NCBI GenBank assembly: GCA_963816515.1
Contig: CAWFKX010000003.1
Coordinates: 60,259 to 124,258, forward strand
Origin: an uncultured Gammaproteobacteria bacterium
GTDB lineage: Bacteria > Pseudomonadota > Gammaproteobacteria > Pseudomonadales > Pseudomonadaceae
Reading direction: 5' to 3'
DNA length: 64,000 nt
Shown: positions 53,705 to 64,000 of the stretch, in pieces
Layout of the letters: the number at the start of each line of letters is the position of its first letter
Position numbering within the stretch: position 1 is the stretch's first letter
Made by a program: the position numbers and the translations under genes
Notes under the pieces: model-generated
What the model was told of the DNA's origin: nothing
The model's input: the letters and a program-made list of their open reading frames with translations, nothing else
Databases searched by the model: none

Positions 53705-54420
53705 TTCTGCTGATCTCCGATCTGCACCTGCAGGAAGAACGCCCGGACATTACCCGGGCGTTTCTGGGGTTTCTCGCCGGGCGCGCGCGCTCGGCGAGCG
53801 CTCTTTACATACTGGGGGACTTTTTCGAAGCCTGGATTGGCGACGATGCCATGAGCCCCTACCAGCTTTCGATCTGCGAGGCCCTGCGCGCCCTGAGCGA
53901 CAGTGGCACGACGATTTTCCTGATGCACGGCAACCGCGACTTCCTGATTGGCCAGCGCTTCTGCAAGGCCGCGGGCGCGACGCTGCTGGCCGACCCGAGC
54001 GTGGTGGACTTCTACGGCGAGCCGGTGCTGCTGATGCACGGTGACAGCCTGTGCACCCGCGATGAAGCCTACATGCGCATGCGCCGCATCCTGCGCAACC
54101 CGCTGACGCTGTTCATCCTGCGCCACTTGCCCCTGCGCACCCGCCACAAACTGGCGCGCAAGCTGCGCAGTGAAAGCCGTGCGCAAACGCGCATGAAGGC
54201 CAACGACATTGTCGACGTGACGCCCGAGGAAGTGCCACGGGTGATGGCCGAGCACAAGGTCGCCACACTGATCCATGGGCACACCCACCGCCCGGCCATC
54301 CATAAGCTGCACGTCGGCGACGTGCCGGCACGGCGCATTGTGCTGGGTGACTGGGACAAGGAAGGCTGGGCGTTGCAGGTGGACGAACAGGGCATGGCCC
54401 TGGCGGCCTTTGCGTTCTGA
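53701..54420 (+). CDS. lpxH: UDP-2,3-diacylglucosamine diphosphatase
   Basis: SDLHL, GNRDF, HGHTHRP. Confidence 0.96.
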   Translation: MILLISDLHLQEERPDITRAFLGFLAGRARSASALYILGDFFEAWIGDDAMSPYQLSICEALRALSDSGTTIFLMHGNRDFLIGQRFCKAAGATLLADPSVVDFYGEPVLLMHGDSLCTRDEAYMRMRRILRNPLTLFILRHLPLRTRHKLARKLRSESRAQTRMKANDIVDVTPEEVPRVMAEHKVATLIHGHTHRPAIHKLHVGDVPARRIVLGDWDKEGWALQVDEQGMALAAFAF

Positions 54421-54437
54421 CCCCCCGTTAGCCAATG

Positions 54438-54505
54438 GTGGGAGCGGGCCCTGCCCGCGAAGCAGGCACCGCAGTGTGCTTTTCGCGGGCAAAGCCCGCT
54501 CCCAC
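54438..54505. repeat. Pseudomonas REP doublet
   Basis: GTGGGAGCGGGCCCTGCCCGCGAA...TTCGCGGGCAAAGCCCGCTCCCAC. Confidence 0.8.
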
Positions 54506-54540
54506 AGGTTCAGATAACCTCTACCCCAGAGGCCACGCCA

Positions 54541-56067
54541 TCAATGGCCGGCAGCCTCAGGCCCGGCCTTGGCGGTGAACGGCGGTTTGGCCAGCCAGAC
54601 AATCAATATCAGCCCCATGAACATCCAGCCCAGCAGCGTGAAGTAATCCACGGTGGACAGCATGTACGCCTGCGCTTCGACGATGCCGTCCAGTTGCTGG
54701 TAGGTCTTGAGCCCCGCACCACCCATCTGCTGGATGGTGTGCTGGGTCGCCGGGTCGTACGCCGTGATGCTCTCGCTCAGGTACGCATGGTGCTGATCCG
54801 CCCGGCGAATCCAGATCCAGGTGGTCAGCGAGGCCGCGAAGCTGCCGCCCAGGGTCCGCAGGAACGTGGCCAGGCCCGAACCGTCGGCAATCTGCGATGG
54901 CGGCAAGTCCGACAGCAGAATGGTCAAGGTCGGCATGAAGAACAGCGCCACACCGATCCCCATGAACAACTGCACCAAGGCGATGTGGTTGAAATCCACC
55001 TCGTTGGTAAAGCCCGCACGCATGAAGCAACTGGTGCCGATGGCCAGGAACGCCAGGCCGGCGAGGATACGCAAGTCAAACCGGGTCGCGTACTTGCCCA
55101 CGAACGGTGACATCAATACCGGCAATATGCCCAGCGGTGCCACCGCCAGCCCCGCCCAGGTGGCCGTGTAGCCCAACTGCGTCTGCAGCCACTGCGGCAG
55201 GATCAGGTTGATGCCAAAGAAGCCCGCATATCCCATCACCAGCACAATGGTGCCGAAACAGAAGTTGCGGTACTTGAACAGCTTCAGGTTCACCACCGGA
55301 TGTTCGTCGGTGAGTTCCCAGATGACGAAAAACGCCAGGGCAACGGCCGATATCACCGCGCCCATGATGATGTAGTTGTTCTCGAACCAGTCAGCGTCGT
55401 TGCCCTTGTCGAGCACGATCTGCAAGGCCCCTACCCCAATGATCAAGGCAATCAGGCCCACGTAGTCCATGGGTTGCCGGCTGGTGACCACAGGCCGCGC
55501 GGCCATTTGCTGGCGCACCACCAGGCAGGCGAAGATACCGATTGGCACGTTGATGAAGAAAATCCACGGCCAACTGTAACTGTCAGTGATCCAGCCACCC
55601 AGGATCGGCCCCGCGATGGGCGCCACCACCGTCACCATGGCCAGCAGTGCCAGTGCCATCCCCCTTTTCGCCGGAGGGTACACAGCAATCAGCAGGGTCT
55701 GGGTCATGGGGTACAACGGCCCCGCCACCACACCTTGCAGCACCCGGAAGCCCACCAGCTCGGGCATCGAGGTGGAAATACCGCACATGAACGAGGCCAG
55801 CACAAACAGGATGGTGGCCCACAGGAACAGTTTCACTTCGCCGAAACGGCGGCTCAGCCAACCGGTCAGCGGCAAGGCAATGGCGTTGCTCACGGCGAAC
55901 GAGGTGATGACCCAGGTGCCCTGCTCGGAGCTGACGCCCAGGTTGCCGGAAATGGTCGGCAACGCCACGTTGGCGATGGTGGTGTCGAGCACCTGCATGA
56001 AGGTCGCCAGCGACAGGCCAATGGTGCTGAGCAATAGGCTGGGCGGTTTGAAAGAGGCGTTACTCAT
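54541..56067 (-). CDS. emrB: DHA2 multidrug efflux MFS subunit
   Basis: FMQVLDTTIANVA, GPILGGWI, WIFFINVP. Confidence 0.93.
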   Translation of the reverse strand: MSNASFKPPSLLLSTIGLSLATFMQVLDTTIANVALPTISGNLGVSSEQGTWVITSFAVSNAIALPLTGWLSRRFGEVKLFLWATILFVLASFMCGISTSMPELVGFRVLQGVVAGPLYPMTQTLLIAVYPPAKRGMALALLAMVTVVAPIAGPILGGWITDSYSWPWIFFINVPIGIFACLVVRQQMAARPVVTSRQPMDYVGLIALIIGVGALQIVLDKGNDADWFENNYIIMGAVISAVALAFFVIWELTDEHPVVNLKLFKYRNFCFGTIVLVMGYAGFFGINLILPQWLQTQLGYTATWAGLAVAPLGILPVLMSPFVGKYATRFDLRILAGLAFLAIGTSCFMRAGFTNEVDFNHIALVQLFMGIGVALFFMPTLTILLSDLPPSQIADGSGLATFLRTLGGSFAASLTTWIWIRRADQHHAYLSESITAYDPATQHTIQQMGGAGLKTYQQLDGIVEAQAYMLSTVDYFTLLGWMFMGLILIVWLAKPPFTAKAGPEAAGH

Positions 56068-56124
56068 CGCAAATCCCTGGTAAAGACGTGGACCAGGCCC
56101 CGCGCGGGGCCTGGGGATCGCGAA

Positions 56125-57345
56125 TCAGCGTTGGGCGGTGTTGCCGGTGGCGCCGACGCTGTTGTCGTGGATCAGTCGGGCGATCATGTCGTCAGCCTCG
56201 CCCAGTTGGCGGTCGTACACCTGGGTGGTGAACGAGGCCTTCTGCGGCGGTTGCTGGGCCAGTACCGGGCCGCTCTGATCGTGCAGGTTGACCTCGACCA
56301 CCGTGGACAGGCCAATGCGCAGCGGGTGCTTGCTCAGCTCGTCGGGGTTGAGGTGGATACGCACCGGTACGCGCTGGACAATCTTGATCCAGTTACCGGT
56401 GGCGTTTTGCGCTGGCAGCAGGGCAAACGCGCTGCCGGTACCGGCGCCGAGGCTGTCAACGGTGCCGCTGAACTTCACGTCGCTGCCGTACAGGTCGGCG
56501 GTGATGTCCACCGGCTGGCCGATACGCATCTTGCTCAGTTGGGTTTCCTTGAAGTTGGCGTCGATCCATACCTGGTCCAGGGGGATCACGGCCATGGTCG
56601 CGGTGCCCGGCTGAATGCGCTGGCCCAGTTGCACGGTACGCTTGGCCACATAACCGGTCACCGGCGCGATCAGCGTGGTACGGGCATTGGCCAGGTACGC
56701 CTGGCGCAGTTGCGCGGCAGCGGCCATCACTTCCGGATGGGACGAAATGGTGGTGTCATCGACCAGCGCGGTATTGCTCTTGACCGACTGCTGCGCGTTG
56801 CTGACCGCTGCCTGGGCAGCGTTCAGGTCATCACGGGCGTGGGACAGTTCTTCCTGGGAAATCGCCCCGCCAGCGGCCAGGGTACGACGACGGTCGTAGT
56901 TGTCCTGGGCCTTTTTCAGGTCGGTCTGGCGCGACAGCAACTGCGCCTTGGCGCCATCGACGTTGCTGTACAGCCCGCGCACCTGGCGCACGGCCTTGGC
57001 CAGGTTGGCCTGGGCGCTTTGCAGGTTGACCTTGGCGTCGGCCGGGTCGAATTCCAGCAGCACTTGGCCCGCGTGCACCAGGTCGCCATCGTCGGCGCCG
57101 ATGCTGGTGACGGTACCGGTGACCAACGGGGTGATTTCCACCACGTTGCCGTTCACGTAGGCGTCGTCGGTGCTCTCGTTCCAGCGCCCGTACACTTCGT
57201 ACCAGCCCCACACCCCGAGGCCGCCGAGAATCACCAGCAGCAACAGAATGAACAGCATCACTTTACGCTTGCGCGGGTTGCCAGCGTTGGGTTGTTCCGT
57301 TTCCGGAGCCTTGTCCGGCGAGTTTGTAGCGGAGGCAGTAGCCAT
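56125..57345 (-). CDS. emrA: Efflux membrane fusion protein
   Basis: TDDAYV, NATGNWIKIVQRVPVRI. Confidence 0.93.
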   Translation of the reverse strand: MATASATNSPDKAPETEQPNAGNPRKRKVMLFILLLLVILGGLGVWGWYEVYGRWNESTDDAYVNGNVVEITPLVTGTVTSIGADDGDLVHAGQVLLEFDPADAKVNLQSAQANLAKAVRQVRGLYSNVDGAKAQLLSRQTDLKKAQDNYDRRRTLAAGGAISQEELSHARDDLNAAQAAVSNAQQSVKSNTALVDDTTISSHPEVMAAAAQLRQAYLANARTTLIAPVTGYVAKRTVQLGQRIQPGTATMAVIPLDQVWIDANFKETQLSKMRIGQPVDITADLYGSDVKFSGTVDSLGAGTGSAFALLPAQNATGNWIKIVQRVPVRIHLNPDELSKHPLRIGLSTVVEVNLHDQSGPVLAQQPPQKASFTTQVYDRQLGEADDMIARLIHDNSVGATGNTAQR

Positions 57346-57359
57346 GACAGATACCTTGC

Positions 57360-58835
57360 TTATTCAGTCTGTGTTGCGTGTGCGGGAGTGGTGGCGGCGC
57401 GGGCGACATCTTCACCCTGATAACCGCCGCCCAGGGCTTGCATCAACTGGATCGACAGGTCGATCTGTTCAGCGTGGAGGCTGGCCAGTTGGCGTTGTGC
57501 CTGCAGCAATTGCTGTTCGATGGTCAGCACGTCCACGTAGTTGCCGATGCCAGAGCCGTAACGCAGCGTGCCGGTGTCGAAGGACTGCTTGGCGATGGTG
57601 GCCGCGCGTTCCTGGGCCTTGATCTGCAGGTCAATGGCGTGCAACTGGTTGATGGTGTCGCTGACATCGCCAAGGGCCTTGACCAGGCTCTTGTTGTACT
57701 GCGCCACTGCCAGGTCGTAGTCGGCGTCCTTGGCATCGAGGGCGGCGCGCAGGCGTCCGCCGTCGAAGATCGGCAGCGACACGGTGGGCGCGACGGTGAA
57801 GAACTTGCTGGCGCTGCCGAACAGCGCATCACCCAACAACGACTGGGTGCCGGCCTGGGCGCTCAGGTTGAGGTTGGGGTAGAAGCGCGTCTTGCTCGCG
57901 GCCACGTCCTTGCTGGCGGCCTCCACGCGCCAGCGCGCGGCGATCAGGTCCGGACGACGACCCAACAGTTCGGCCGGCAGCACCGTTGGCAAGGCCACGG
58001 CGCTGGCCTGCAGCACTTTAGGCCGGGCTATTTCGTTGGCGCGGTCGGGGCCTTTGCCCAGCAACACGGCCAGGGCGATACGCGCGCTTTGCAGACGCTT
58101 CTTGGCGTCCTCGGCAGAGGCCTGGGAGCTGGCCGCCAGGCTTTCGGTCTGCTGGAACTGGTAGTCGCTGTCGATCCCGGCTTTCAGGCGACGCTGGCCC
58201 AGGTCGAGCATCTGCTGGGTACGCTTGAGGTCGTCCTGCGCCAGGTCGTACATGATGTAGGCCTGGCCGAGGTCACTGTAGCCGCGAGCGACATCAGCGG
58301 CCAGGGTCAGTGCCGCGGCCTGACGGTCCACTTCGGCGGCGCGAGCCTGGCCGAGCGCGGCTTCCCAGGCGTCACGCTCGCCGCCCCACAGGTCGAAACT
58401 GTAATTGAACGCCAGGTCGGCCTGGCGCACGGTGGCATACAGGCCACCAAGACCGCGCGGGTCTTCCACCTTGGCGATGCGCTCGCGAGTCACGCCGGCC
58501 TGGGCATCCAGGGTCGGCATGCGCGCAGCATCGGCGGCGTAGGCAGCAGCCTCTGCCTGGTGGGCACGGGCGGCGGCCACTTGCATGTCCGGGCTGTCGC
58601 GCAGCGCTTCACGGATCAGCCCATCGAGCTGATCATCGCCCAGACCCTTCCACCAGTCAGCCCGCGGCCACGCCGCCGGCGACAGGGTAACGCCCTTGAG
58701 CGTGCCATCGGCCCGCAGGGTTTTTGCGTCGGTGGCCTGGCCCGACGTAGTCAGGCCGTGAAAATTGGCGCAGCCGGCCAGGCTCATGGCCAGGAACACC
58801 AGGCTGAACCGGTTGCGTAAGGATTTGCCGCTCAT
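57360..58835 (-). CDS. Efflux outer-membrane factor lipoprotein (NodT/OprM family)
   Basis: LAGC lipobox, LLGRRPD, ALGGG. Confidence 0.92.
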   Translation of the reverse strand: MSGKSLRNRFSLVFLAMSLAGCANFHGLTTSGQATDAKTLRADGTLKGVTLSPAAWPRADWWKGLGDDQLDGLIREALRDSPDMQVAAARAHQAEAAAYAADAARMPTLDAQAGVTRERIAKVEDPRGLGGLYATVRQADLAFNYSFDLWGGERDAWEAALGQARAAEVDRQAAALTLAADVARGYSDLGQAYIMYDLAQDDLKRTQQMLDLGQRRLKAGIDSDYQFQQTESLAASSQASAEDAKKRLQSARIALAVLLGKGPDRANEIARPKVLQASAVALPTVLPAELLGRRPDLIAARWRVEAASKDVAASKTRFYPNLNLSAQAGTQSLLGDALFGSASKFFTVAPTVSLPIFDGGRLRAALDAKDADYDLAVAQYNKSLVKALGDVSDTINQLHAIDLQIKAQERAATIAKQSFDTGTLRYGSGIGNYVDVLTIEQQLLQAQRQLASLHAEQIDLSIQLMQALGGGYQGEDVARAATTPAHATQTE

Positions 58836-59305
58836 TTAGCACCTACCCGCAAGGCGGTGAGGGTATCCCCGGCCGCCAGCAATACTTTGGTTAAGATTCG
58901 TTCCAGGCTTTCCAGTTCGCCGGGCTCCAGCACCCCGACCAATTCGTTCATCGCGTCAGCCCCCACCACCGGCAACTTGCCGGCCAGGTCCATGCCGGCC
59001 TGGGTCAATGCCACCCGCACCTGCCGCCGATCGTCGGAGCAAGGCCGGCGCACAATGAAGCCCTTCTGCTCCAGGCGGTCGAGCATGCGGGTCATCGAGC
59101 CACTGTCCAGCGACAGGTAGCGGCACAGCTCGGCCGGCCGGTCGACGGCAAACTGTTCGATGATGATCAACACCTTGAACTGCGCCGCTGTGACGCCTTC
59201 GGGCACCAGATGGGTATCCAGGATGCGGTCCTTGATGGATGCCGCACGCCCCAACAGCAAGCCGATGGTGCAGGTGCGAAAGTTTTCCGGGGTGAAATGT
59301 TTCAT
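58832..59305 (-). CDS. MarR-family repressor of the efflux operon
   Basis: SGSMTRMLDRLE..DRR wHTH. Confidence 0.92.
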   Translation of the reverse strand: MKHFTPENFRTCTIGLLLGRAASIKDRILDTHLVPEGVTAAQFKVLIIIEQFAVDRPAELCRYLSLDSGSMTRMLDRLEQKGFIVRRPCSDDRRQVRVALTQAGMDLAGKLPVVGADAMNELVGVLEPGELESLERILTKVLLAAGDTLTALRVGAK

Positions 59306-59316
59306 CGGGCGAAAGC

Positions 59317-59359
59317 CTGCCTAGGCAGTAATTTATACAAGATGTTACTGCCTAGGCAG
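59317..59359. promoter_or_regulatory. Two MarR operator palindromes
   Basis: CTGCCTAGGCAG at 59317-59328 and 59348-59359, just upstream of the MarR gene. Confidence 0.8.
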
Positions 59360-59473
59360 CTAATGTCAAACAAAATTGTTAGCTTGCTTATTATTCGGAC
59401 GATAAACGGGCGGAAAAGTTTAGCCGGGATGATCTGTGGGGCCTTGCGCCCCACAGGAAAAGCAGGGGGTGAG

Positions 59474-60076
59474 TCAGGCAGCAGGCACGCCGCTGTGGAA
59501 GCGGAATTCAGGGTCGGGGCTGAGGATCAGGTCGGCTTCCACCGCGCGCACCTTCTCGATGGTGTGAGCGATATCCTTGGCGTCGCCATACTGGTGGGCC
59601 AGCTTCAGGTAGCCCTGATAGTGCCGCGCCTCGCTCTTGAGCAGGCCGTGATAGAAGGTGCCCAGCTCTTCATCCAGGTGCGGCACCAGCGCTTCGAACC
59701 GCTCGCAGCTGCGCGCTTCGATAAAGGCGCCCACCACCAGGGTGTCCACCAGCTTCACCGGCTCGTGGCTGCGCACCACTTTGCGCAGGGCCGAGGCATA
59801 ACGGCCGGCCGACAGCGGCCGCAGTTCGACCTTGCGGCGCTTCATCAGGCGCATCACCTGCTCGTGGTGCACCAACTCCTCACGGGCCAGGCGCGACATC
59901 ATGTTGATCAGGTCGGCGTGGGTGCAGTACTTGGCGATCAGGCTCAAGGCCGTGCTGGCGGCCTTGAACTCACAGTTCTTGTGGTCCACGAGCATGGTTT
60001 CCTGATCGGCCAGGGCTGCCTCGACCCACGCCTGCGGCGTCCTGCAACCGAGGAACTCATGGATTTCAGACAACAT
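59474..60076 (-). CDS. miaE: tRNA-(ms2io6A37) hydroxylase
   Basis: DHKNCEFKAA, EELVHH, IEARSCERF, SEARH. Confidence 0.93.
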   Translation of the reverse strand: MLSEIHEFLGCRTPQAWVEAALADQETMLVDHKNCEFKAASTALSLIAKYCTHADLINMMSRLAREELVHHEQVMRLMKRRKVELRPLSAGRYASALRKVVRSHEPVKLVDTLVVGAFIEARSCERFEALVPHLDEELGTFYHGLLKSEARHYQGYLKLAHQYGDAKDIAHTIEKVRAVEADLILSPDPEFRFHSGVPAA

Positions 60077-60147
60077 GCTCGGACTCCTCAAGGGGCACAA
60101 AAGCCGGCGATTATACGGACCCCACGCCAGAGCACCAGCCGCTATGC

Positions 60148-60161
60148 TTGATAGATATCAA
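60148..60161. promoter_or_regulatory. ANR/FNR box upstream of the Usp gene
   Basis: TTGAT-AGAT-ATCAA perfect consensus. Confidence 0.85.
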
Positions 60162-60229
60162 TGCGCCGGACTGGCGGCTGTCTATAGTAGAAACGGCAGC
60201 CAACCCCAACCCTGCGCCGGAGAACCGTC

Positions 60230-61090
60230 ATGCAAGCGATTCGCAGCATTCTGGTGGTATTGGACCCCGAGCACGCCCACAGCCAGGCGCTGACCCGCGC
60301 CAAGCTGATTGCCGGCGTGACCCAGGCGCACCTGCACCTGTTGATGTGCGACCGGCACCAGGACCACAGCGCTCTGCTGAGCCTGCTCAAAAGCCAGTTG
60401 CATGACGACGGTTTCAGCGCCAGCGCCGAACAGGGTTGGGAGGACAGCCTGGAGAAAACCATCATCAAGGTGCAGCAGTCCGAGGGCTGTGGGCTGGTGA
60501 TCAAGCAGCACCGCCACGAAAGCGCGCTCAAGCGTTTCCTGCTCACGCCCAGCGACTGGAAGCTATTGCGCCACTGCCCCTGCGCCGTGCTGATGGTCAA
60601 GAGCGAGCGGCCCTGGAGCCATGGCGTGATCCTGGCCGCCGTCGACGTGGGCAATGCCGACGGCGAACACCGCCACCTGCATGCCAACATCATCGAACAC
60701 GGCTTCGACATCGCCCGCCTGGCCAAGGGCGACCTGCACGTGATCGCCGCACACCCCTCGCCCATGCTCTCGGCGGCCGACCCGGTGTTCCAGAACAAGG
60801 AAAGCATCGAGGCGCGCTACCGCGAGCAGTGCACCGCGTTCCAGGCCGAGTTCGACATCGACGACGCGCACTTGCACATTGCGGAGGGGCCGGCGGACGT
60901 GTTGATCCCCTTTACCGCGCAGAAGCTCAATGCCGCCGTGACGGTGATCGGCACCGTGGCGCGCACCGGCGTGGCGGGCGCGCTGATCGGCAATACGGCC
61001 GAGGTGGTGCTGGATGCGCTGGAAAGTGATGTGCTGGTGCTCAAGACCGACGAAATCATCGCGCACCTCGAGGAGTTGGCGCGGGGGTGA
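60230..61090 (+). CDS. Tandem-domain universal stress protein (UspE-like)
   Basis: TPSDWKLLR..PCAVL, IGNTAE..DVLVLK. Confidence 0.9.
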   Translation: MQAIRSILVVLDPEHAHSQALTRAKLIAGVTQAHLHLLMCDRHQDHSALLSLLKSQLHDDGFSASAEQGWEDSLEKTIIKVQQSEGCGLVIKQHRHESALKRFLLTPSDWKLLRHCPCAVLMVKSERPWSHGVILAAVDVGNADGEHRHLHANIIEHGFDIARLAKGDLHVIAAHPSPMLSAADPVFQNKESIEARYREQCTAFQAEFDIDDAHLHIAEGPADVLIPFTAQKLNAAVTVIGTVARTGVAGALIGNTAEVVLDALESDVLVLKTDEIIAHLEELARG

Positions 61091-61109
61091 GGCGGCGTGG
61101 CTGCACGAT

Positions 61110-61580
61110 TCAGCCAGGAAATGCATCCTGCAAAAAACCCGGCGCGATGTACCGTTCGTAATGCGCCTCGGACAGCAGGAAAAATTCCCGATCAATGGCA
61201 TCGCGCAATTGCGGCAGTTCCCAGTCGCGAAATTCCGGCAGCAACACCATGCCGTAGGCCTCTAGCTGGTTGATCACCCGTGCGCCACGGGCAATCAGCT
61301 GGTAGGCCCAGCAGTATTCGGACTGGTGCGGCACAAAACGGATCTTGCGTTGTTCGAGCTGCAGGCGCAGCTTGTCCTTGTCGAACACTTCCAGCTTGGC
61401 CACCATCACCTGCACCAGCAATTGTTCCAGGCGCAGCCACACCGCGCGCTTGTGCTCGTCGTTGTAGCCGTTCCAGTGGATCACTTCGTGGTGGAAGCGC
61501 TTGCAGCCACGGCACACAAGATCCCCGTAAACCGTGGAACAGAGGCCTACACAGGGGGTCTTGATGGACTGGTTGGACAT
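61110..61580 (-). CDS. DUF1289 domain protein
   Basis: TPCVGLCS..CRGCKRF..EVIHW. Confidence 0.85.
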   Translation of the reverse strand: MSNQSIKTPCVGLCSTVYGDLVCRGCKRFHHEVIHWNGYNDEHKRAVWLRLEQLLVQVMVAKLEVFDKDKLRLQLEQRKIRFVPHQSEYCWAYQLIARGARVINQLEAYGMVLLPEFRDWELPQLRDAIDREFFLLSEAHYERYIAPGFLQDAFPG

Positions 61581-61977
61581 GGCTTTGCAACGCTTTGAAA
61601 AGTAAGACAGGCGGCCATGTTAGCCCTTTGTCTAAGGATGATCACCCCCGAATGCGTAGGGCTTAACTTACCTTTCTTGTTTTTTTGCCGTAGAATCACG
61701 CTGCCTTTTTAGGCACCAATGTCCGCCAGAAGCTGTTTTCAAAGCGTCACGAGCACAGTTATCCGACAGAACGGCGTTGGCGCAGGTATTTTCAGGCAAA
61801 AATACCTGGCGCCAGCCCTCATCAGCTCCCCGTTCTGAAGGCGTAAAACTTTGAAAGCAGCTTCTACAAGGAATTTCTGCGGCCCAGGCTCAACGGCTCA
61901 AAAAGCCGCGCAGCGCATGGGCGCAGGAATGACTGGATGAGCGTCCCGGACAGGGACCACTGATGAGGGTAATAACT

Positions 61978-64000
61978 GTGCTTGAAGCCTACCGCAAACA
62001 CATCGAAGAGCGTGCCGCCCAGGGTATCGTGCCCCAGCCGCTTAACGCCGAACAAACAGCCGGCCTGGTCGAGCTGTTGAAGAATCCTCCCGCTGGCGAA
62101 GAAGCCGTCCTTGTCGACCTGATCACCAACCGCGTACCACCAGGCGTGGACGAAGCGGCCTACGTGAAAGCCGGCTTCCTCTCCGCTATCGCCAAGGGCG
62201 AAGCCACCTCCCCGCTGATCGACAAGAAACGTGCCGTCGAACTGCTGGGCACCATGCAGGGCGGCTACAACATCGCCACCATGGTAGAGCTGCTGGACAG
62301 CGCCGAGCTGGCCGCCGTGGCCGCCGAACAACTCAAGCACACCCTGCTGATGTTCGACGCCTTCCACGACGTGGCTGAAAAAGCCAAGAACGGCAACGCC
62401 CACGCCAAGGCCGTGCTGGAATCCTGGGCCGACGGCGAGTGGTTCAAGAAGCGCCCTACCCTGGCCGACAAGATCAGCCTGCGCGTGTTCAAGGTCACCG
62501 GCGAAACCAACACCGACGACCTGTCCCCTGCCCCGGACGCCTGGTCGCGCCCTGACATCCCACTGCACGCCCTGGCCATGCTGAAAATGGCCCGCGACGG
62601 TATCGTCCCGGACGTGCAAGGCTCCATCGGCCCGATGAAGCAAATCGAGCAGATGCGTGGCGAAGGCTTCCCGATCGCCTACGTCGGTGATGTGGTGGGT
62701 ACCGGTTCGTCGCGTAAATCGGCGACCAACTCGGTGCTGTGGTTCTTCGGTGACGACATCCCTTACGTGCCGAACAAGCGCGCCGGTGGTTTCTGCTTCG
62801 GCTCCAAGATCGCCCCGATCTTCTACAACACCATGGAAGACGCCGGCGCCCTGCCGATCGAATTCGATGTCTCGAACATCAACATGGGCGACGTGATCGA
62901 CCTGTACCCACATGCCGGCAAAGTCTGCAAGCATGACAGCGACGAAGTCATCACCACCTTCGAACTGAAAACCCCCGTGCTGCTGGACGAAGTCCGCGCC
63001 GGTGGCCGTATTCCGCTGATCGTCGGCCGTGGCCTGACCGAAAAAGCGCGTGCCGAGCTGGGCCTGGGCCCAACCGACCTGTTCAAGCTGCCGGAAGCTC
63101 CGGTCGACACCGGCAAGGGTTTCACCCTGGCGCAGAAGATGGTCGGCAAGGCCTGCGGCCTGCCAGAAGGCAAGGGCGTGCGTCCTGGCACCTACTGCGA
63201 GCCGAAGATGACCACCGTGGGTTCGCAAGACACCACCGGCCCGATGACCCGCGACGAGCTGAAAGACCTGGCGTGCCTGGGCTTCTCCGCTGACCTGGTC
63301 ATGCAGTCGTTCTGCCACACCGCTGCCTATCCGAAGCCGATCGACGTGGTCACCCACCACACCCTGCCGGACTTCATCCGCACCCGTGGCGGCGTTTCCC
63401 TGCGCCCAGGCGACGGCATCATCCACAGCTGGCTGAACCGCATGCTGCTGCCGGACACCGTCGGCACCGGCGGCGACTCGCACACCCGCTTCCCGATCGG
63501 CATCTCGTTCCCGGCCGGTTCCGGCCTGGTCGCCTTCGCCGCTGCCACCGGCGTGATGCCGCTGGACATGCCGGAGTCGGTACTGGTGCGCTTCAAGGGC
63601 AAGCTGCAACCTGGCATCACCCTGCGTGACCTGGTACACGCCATCCCTTACTACGGCATCCAGAAAGGCCTGCTGACCGTCGAGAAGAAAGGCAAGATCA
63701 ACGCCTTCTCGGGTCGCATCCTGGAAATCGAAGGCCTGGACGAACTGACCGTTGAACAGGCGTTCGAACTGTCCGACGCCTCGGCCGAGCGTTCCGCCGC
63801 CGGTTGCACCATCAAGCTGCCGGAAAAGGCCATCGCCGAGTACCTGAAGTCGAACATCACCCTGCTGCGCTGGATGATCAGCGAAGGTTACGGCGATGCT
63901 CGCACCATGGAACGTCGCGCCCAAGCCATGGAAGCCTGGCTGGCCAACCCCGAGCTGCTGTCGGCCGACGCCGATGCCGAATACGCCGAAATCATCGAGA
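61978..64000 (+). CDS. acnB: Aconitate hydratase B, 5' part (runs off window)
   Basis: GTG start, [54 protein letters not shown]; absent from the ORF track because it has no stop in the window. Confidence 0.96.
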   Translation, partial: MLEAYRKHIEERAAQGIVPQPLNAEQTAGLVELLKNPPAGEEAVLVDLITNRVPPGVDEAAYVKAGFLSAIAKGEATSPLIDKKRAVELLGTMQGGYNIATMVELLDSAELAAVAAEQLKHTLLMFDAFHDVAEKAKNGNAHAKAVLESWADGEWFKKRPTLADKISLRVFKVTGETNTDDLSPAPDAWSRPDIPLHALAMLKMARDGIVPDVQGSIGPMKQIEQMRGEGFPIAYVGDVVGTGSSRKSATNSVLWFFGDDIPYVPNKRAGGFCFGSKIAPIFYNTMEDAGALPIEFDVSNINMGDVIDLYPHAGKVCKHDSDEVITTFELKTPVLLDEVRAGGRIPLIVGRGLTEKARAELGLGPTDLFKLPEAPVDTGKGFTLAQKMVGKACGLPEGKGVRPGTYCEPKMTTVGSQDTTGPMTRDELKDLACLGFSADLVMQSFCHTAAYPKPIDVVTHHTLPDFIRTRGGVSLRPGDGIIHSWLNRMLLPDTVGTGGDSHTRFPIGISFPAGSGLVAFAAATGVMPLDMPESVLVRFKGKLQPGITLRDLVHAIPYYGIQKGLLTVEKKGKINAFSGRILEIEGLDELTVEQAFELSDASAERSAAGCTIKLPEKAIAEYLKSNITLLRWMISEGYGDARTMERRAQAMEAWLANPELLSADADAEYAEIIE

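Noticed and set aside
61864-63924. 686-aa minus-strand ORF
   Set aside because: Antisense shadow of acnB, which is clearly encoded on the plus strand from 61978
1-64000. CRISPR array, prophage, IS element or defence system
   Set aside because: No regularly spaced repeats and no cas, integrase, transposase or phage genes recognised

Overview
High-GC Pseudomonas chromosomal window. The left half (1-33 kb) is an accessory metabolic patchwork: the start of an ANR-boxed cydP-cydA operon, a glucarate locus (MFS-gudD-gudP), an MFS+HlyD efflux pair, a gallate cluster (galDCB-galR-galA, without galT/galP), several MFS/LysR/AraC modules, a double-domain KaiC-like ATPase with a lone receiver protein, an FNT channel, a CitA/TcuC-type MFS + orphan ModA-fold protein + LysR (candidate trans-aconitate module), and a cobalamin-riboswitch-controlled ABC transporter + cobF. 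The right half is core backbone (ppiD, hupB, lon, clpX, clpP, tig, tRNA Arg-His-Leu-His, folD, cysS, glnS, ppiB, lpxH, MarR-OMF-emrA-emrB, miaE, Usp, DUF1289, start of acnB), interrupted by a ~1960-aa toxin-like LRR/NEL E3-ligase gene between folD and cysS. The most unusual non-coding signals are a 57-nt T-arm-less tRNA-Asp-like RNA after hupB and a highly structured acnB leader carrying its own anti-Shine-Dalgarno. I saw no CRISPR array, integrase, transposase or prophage. All calls come from reading motifs and recalling families; no database search or folding program was run.
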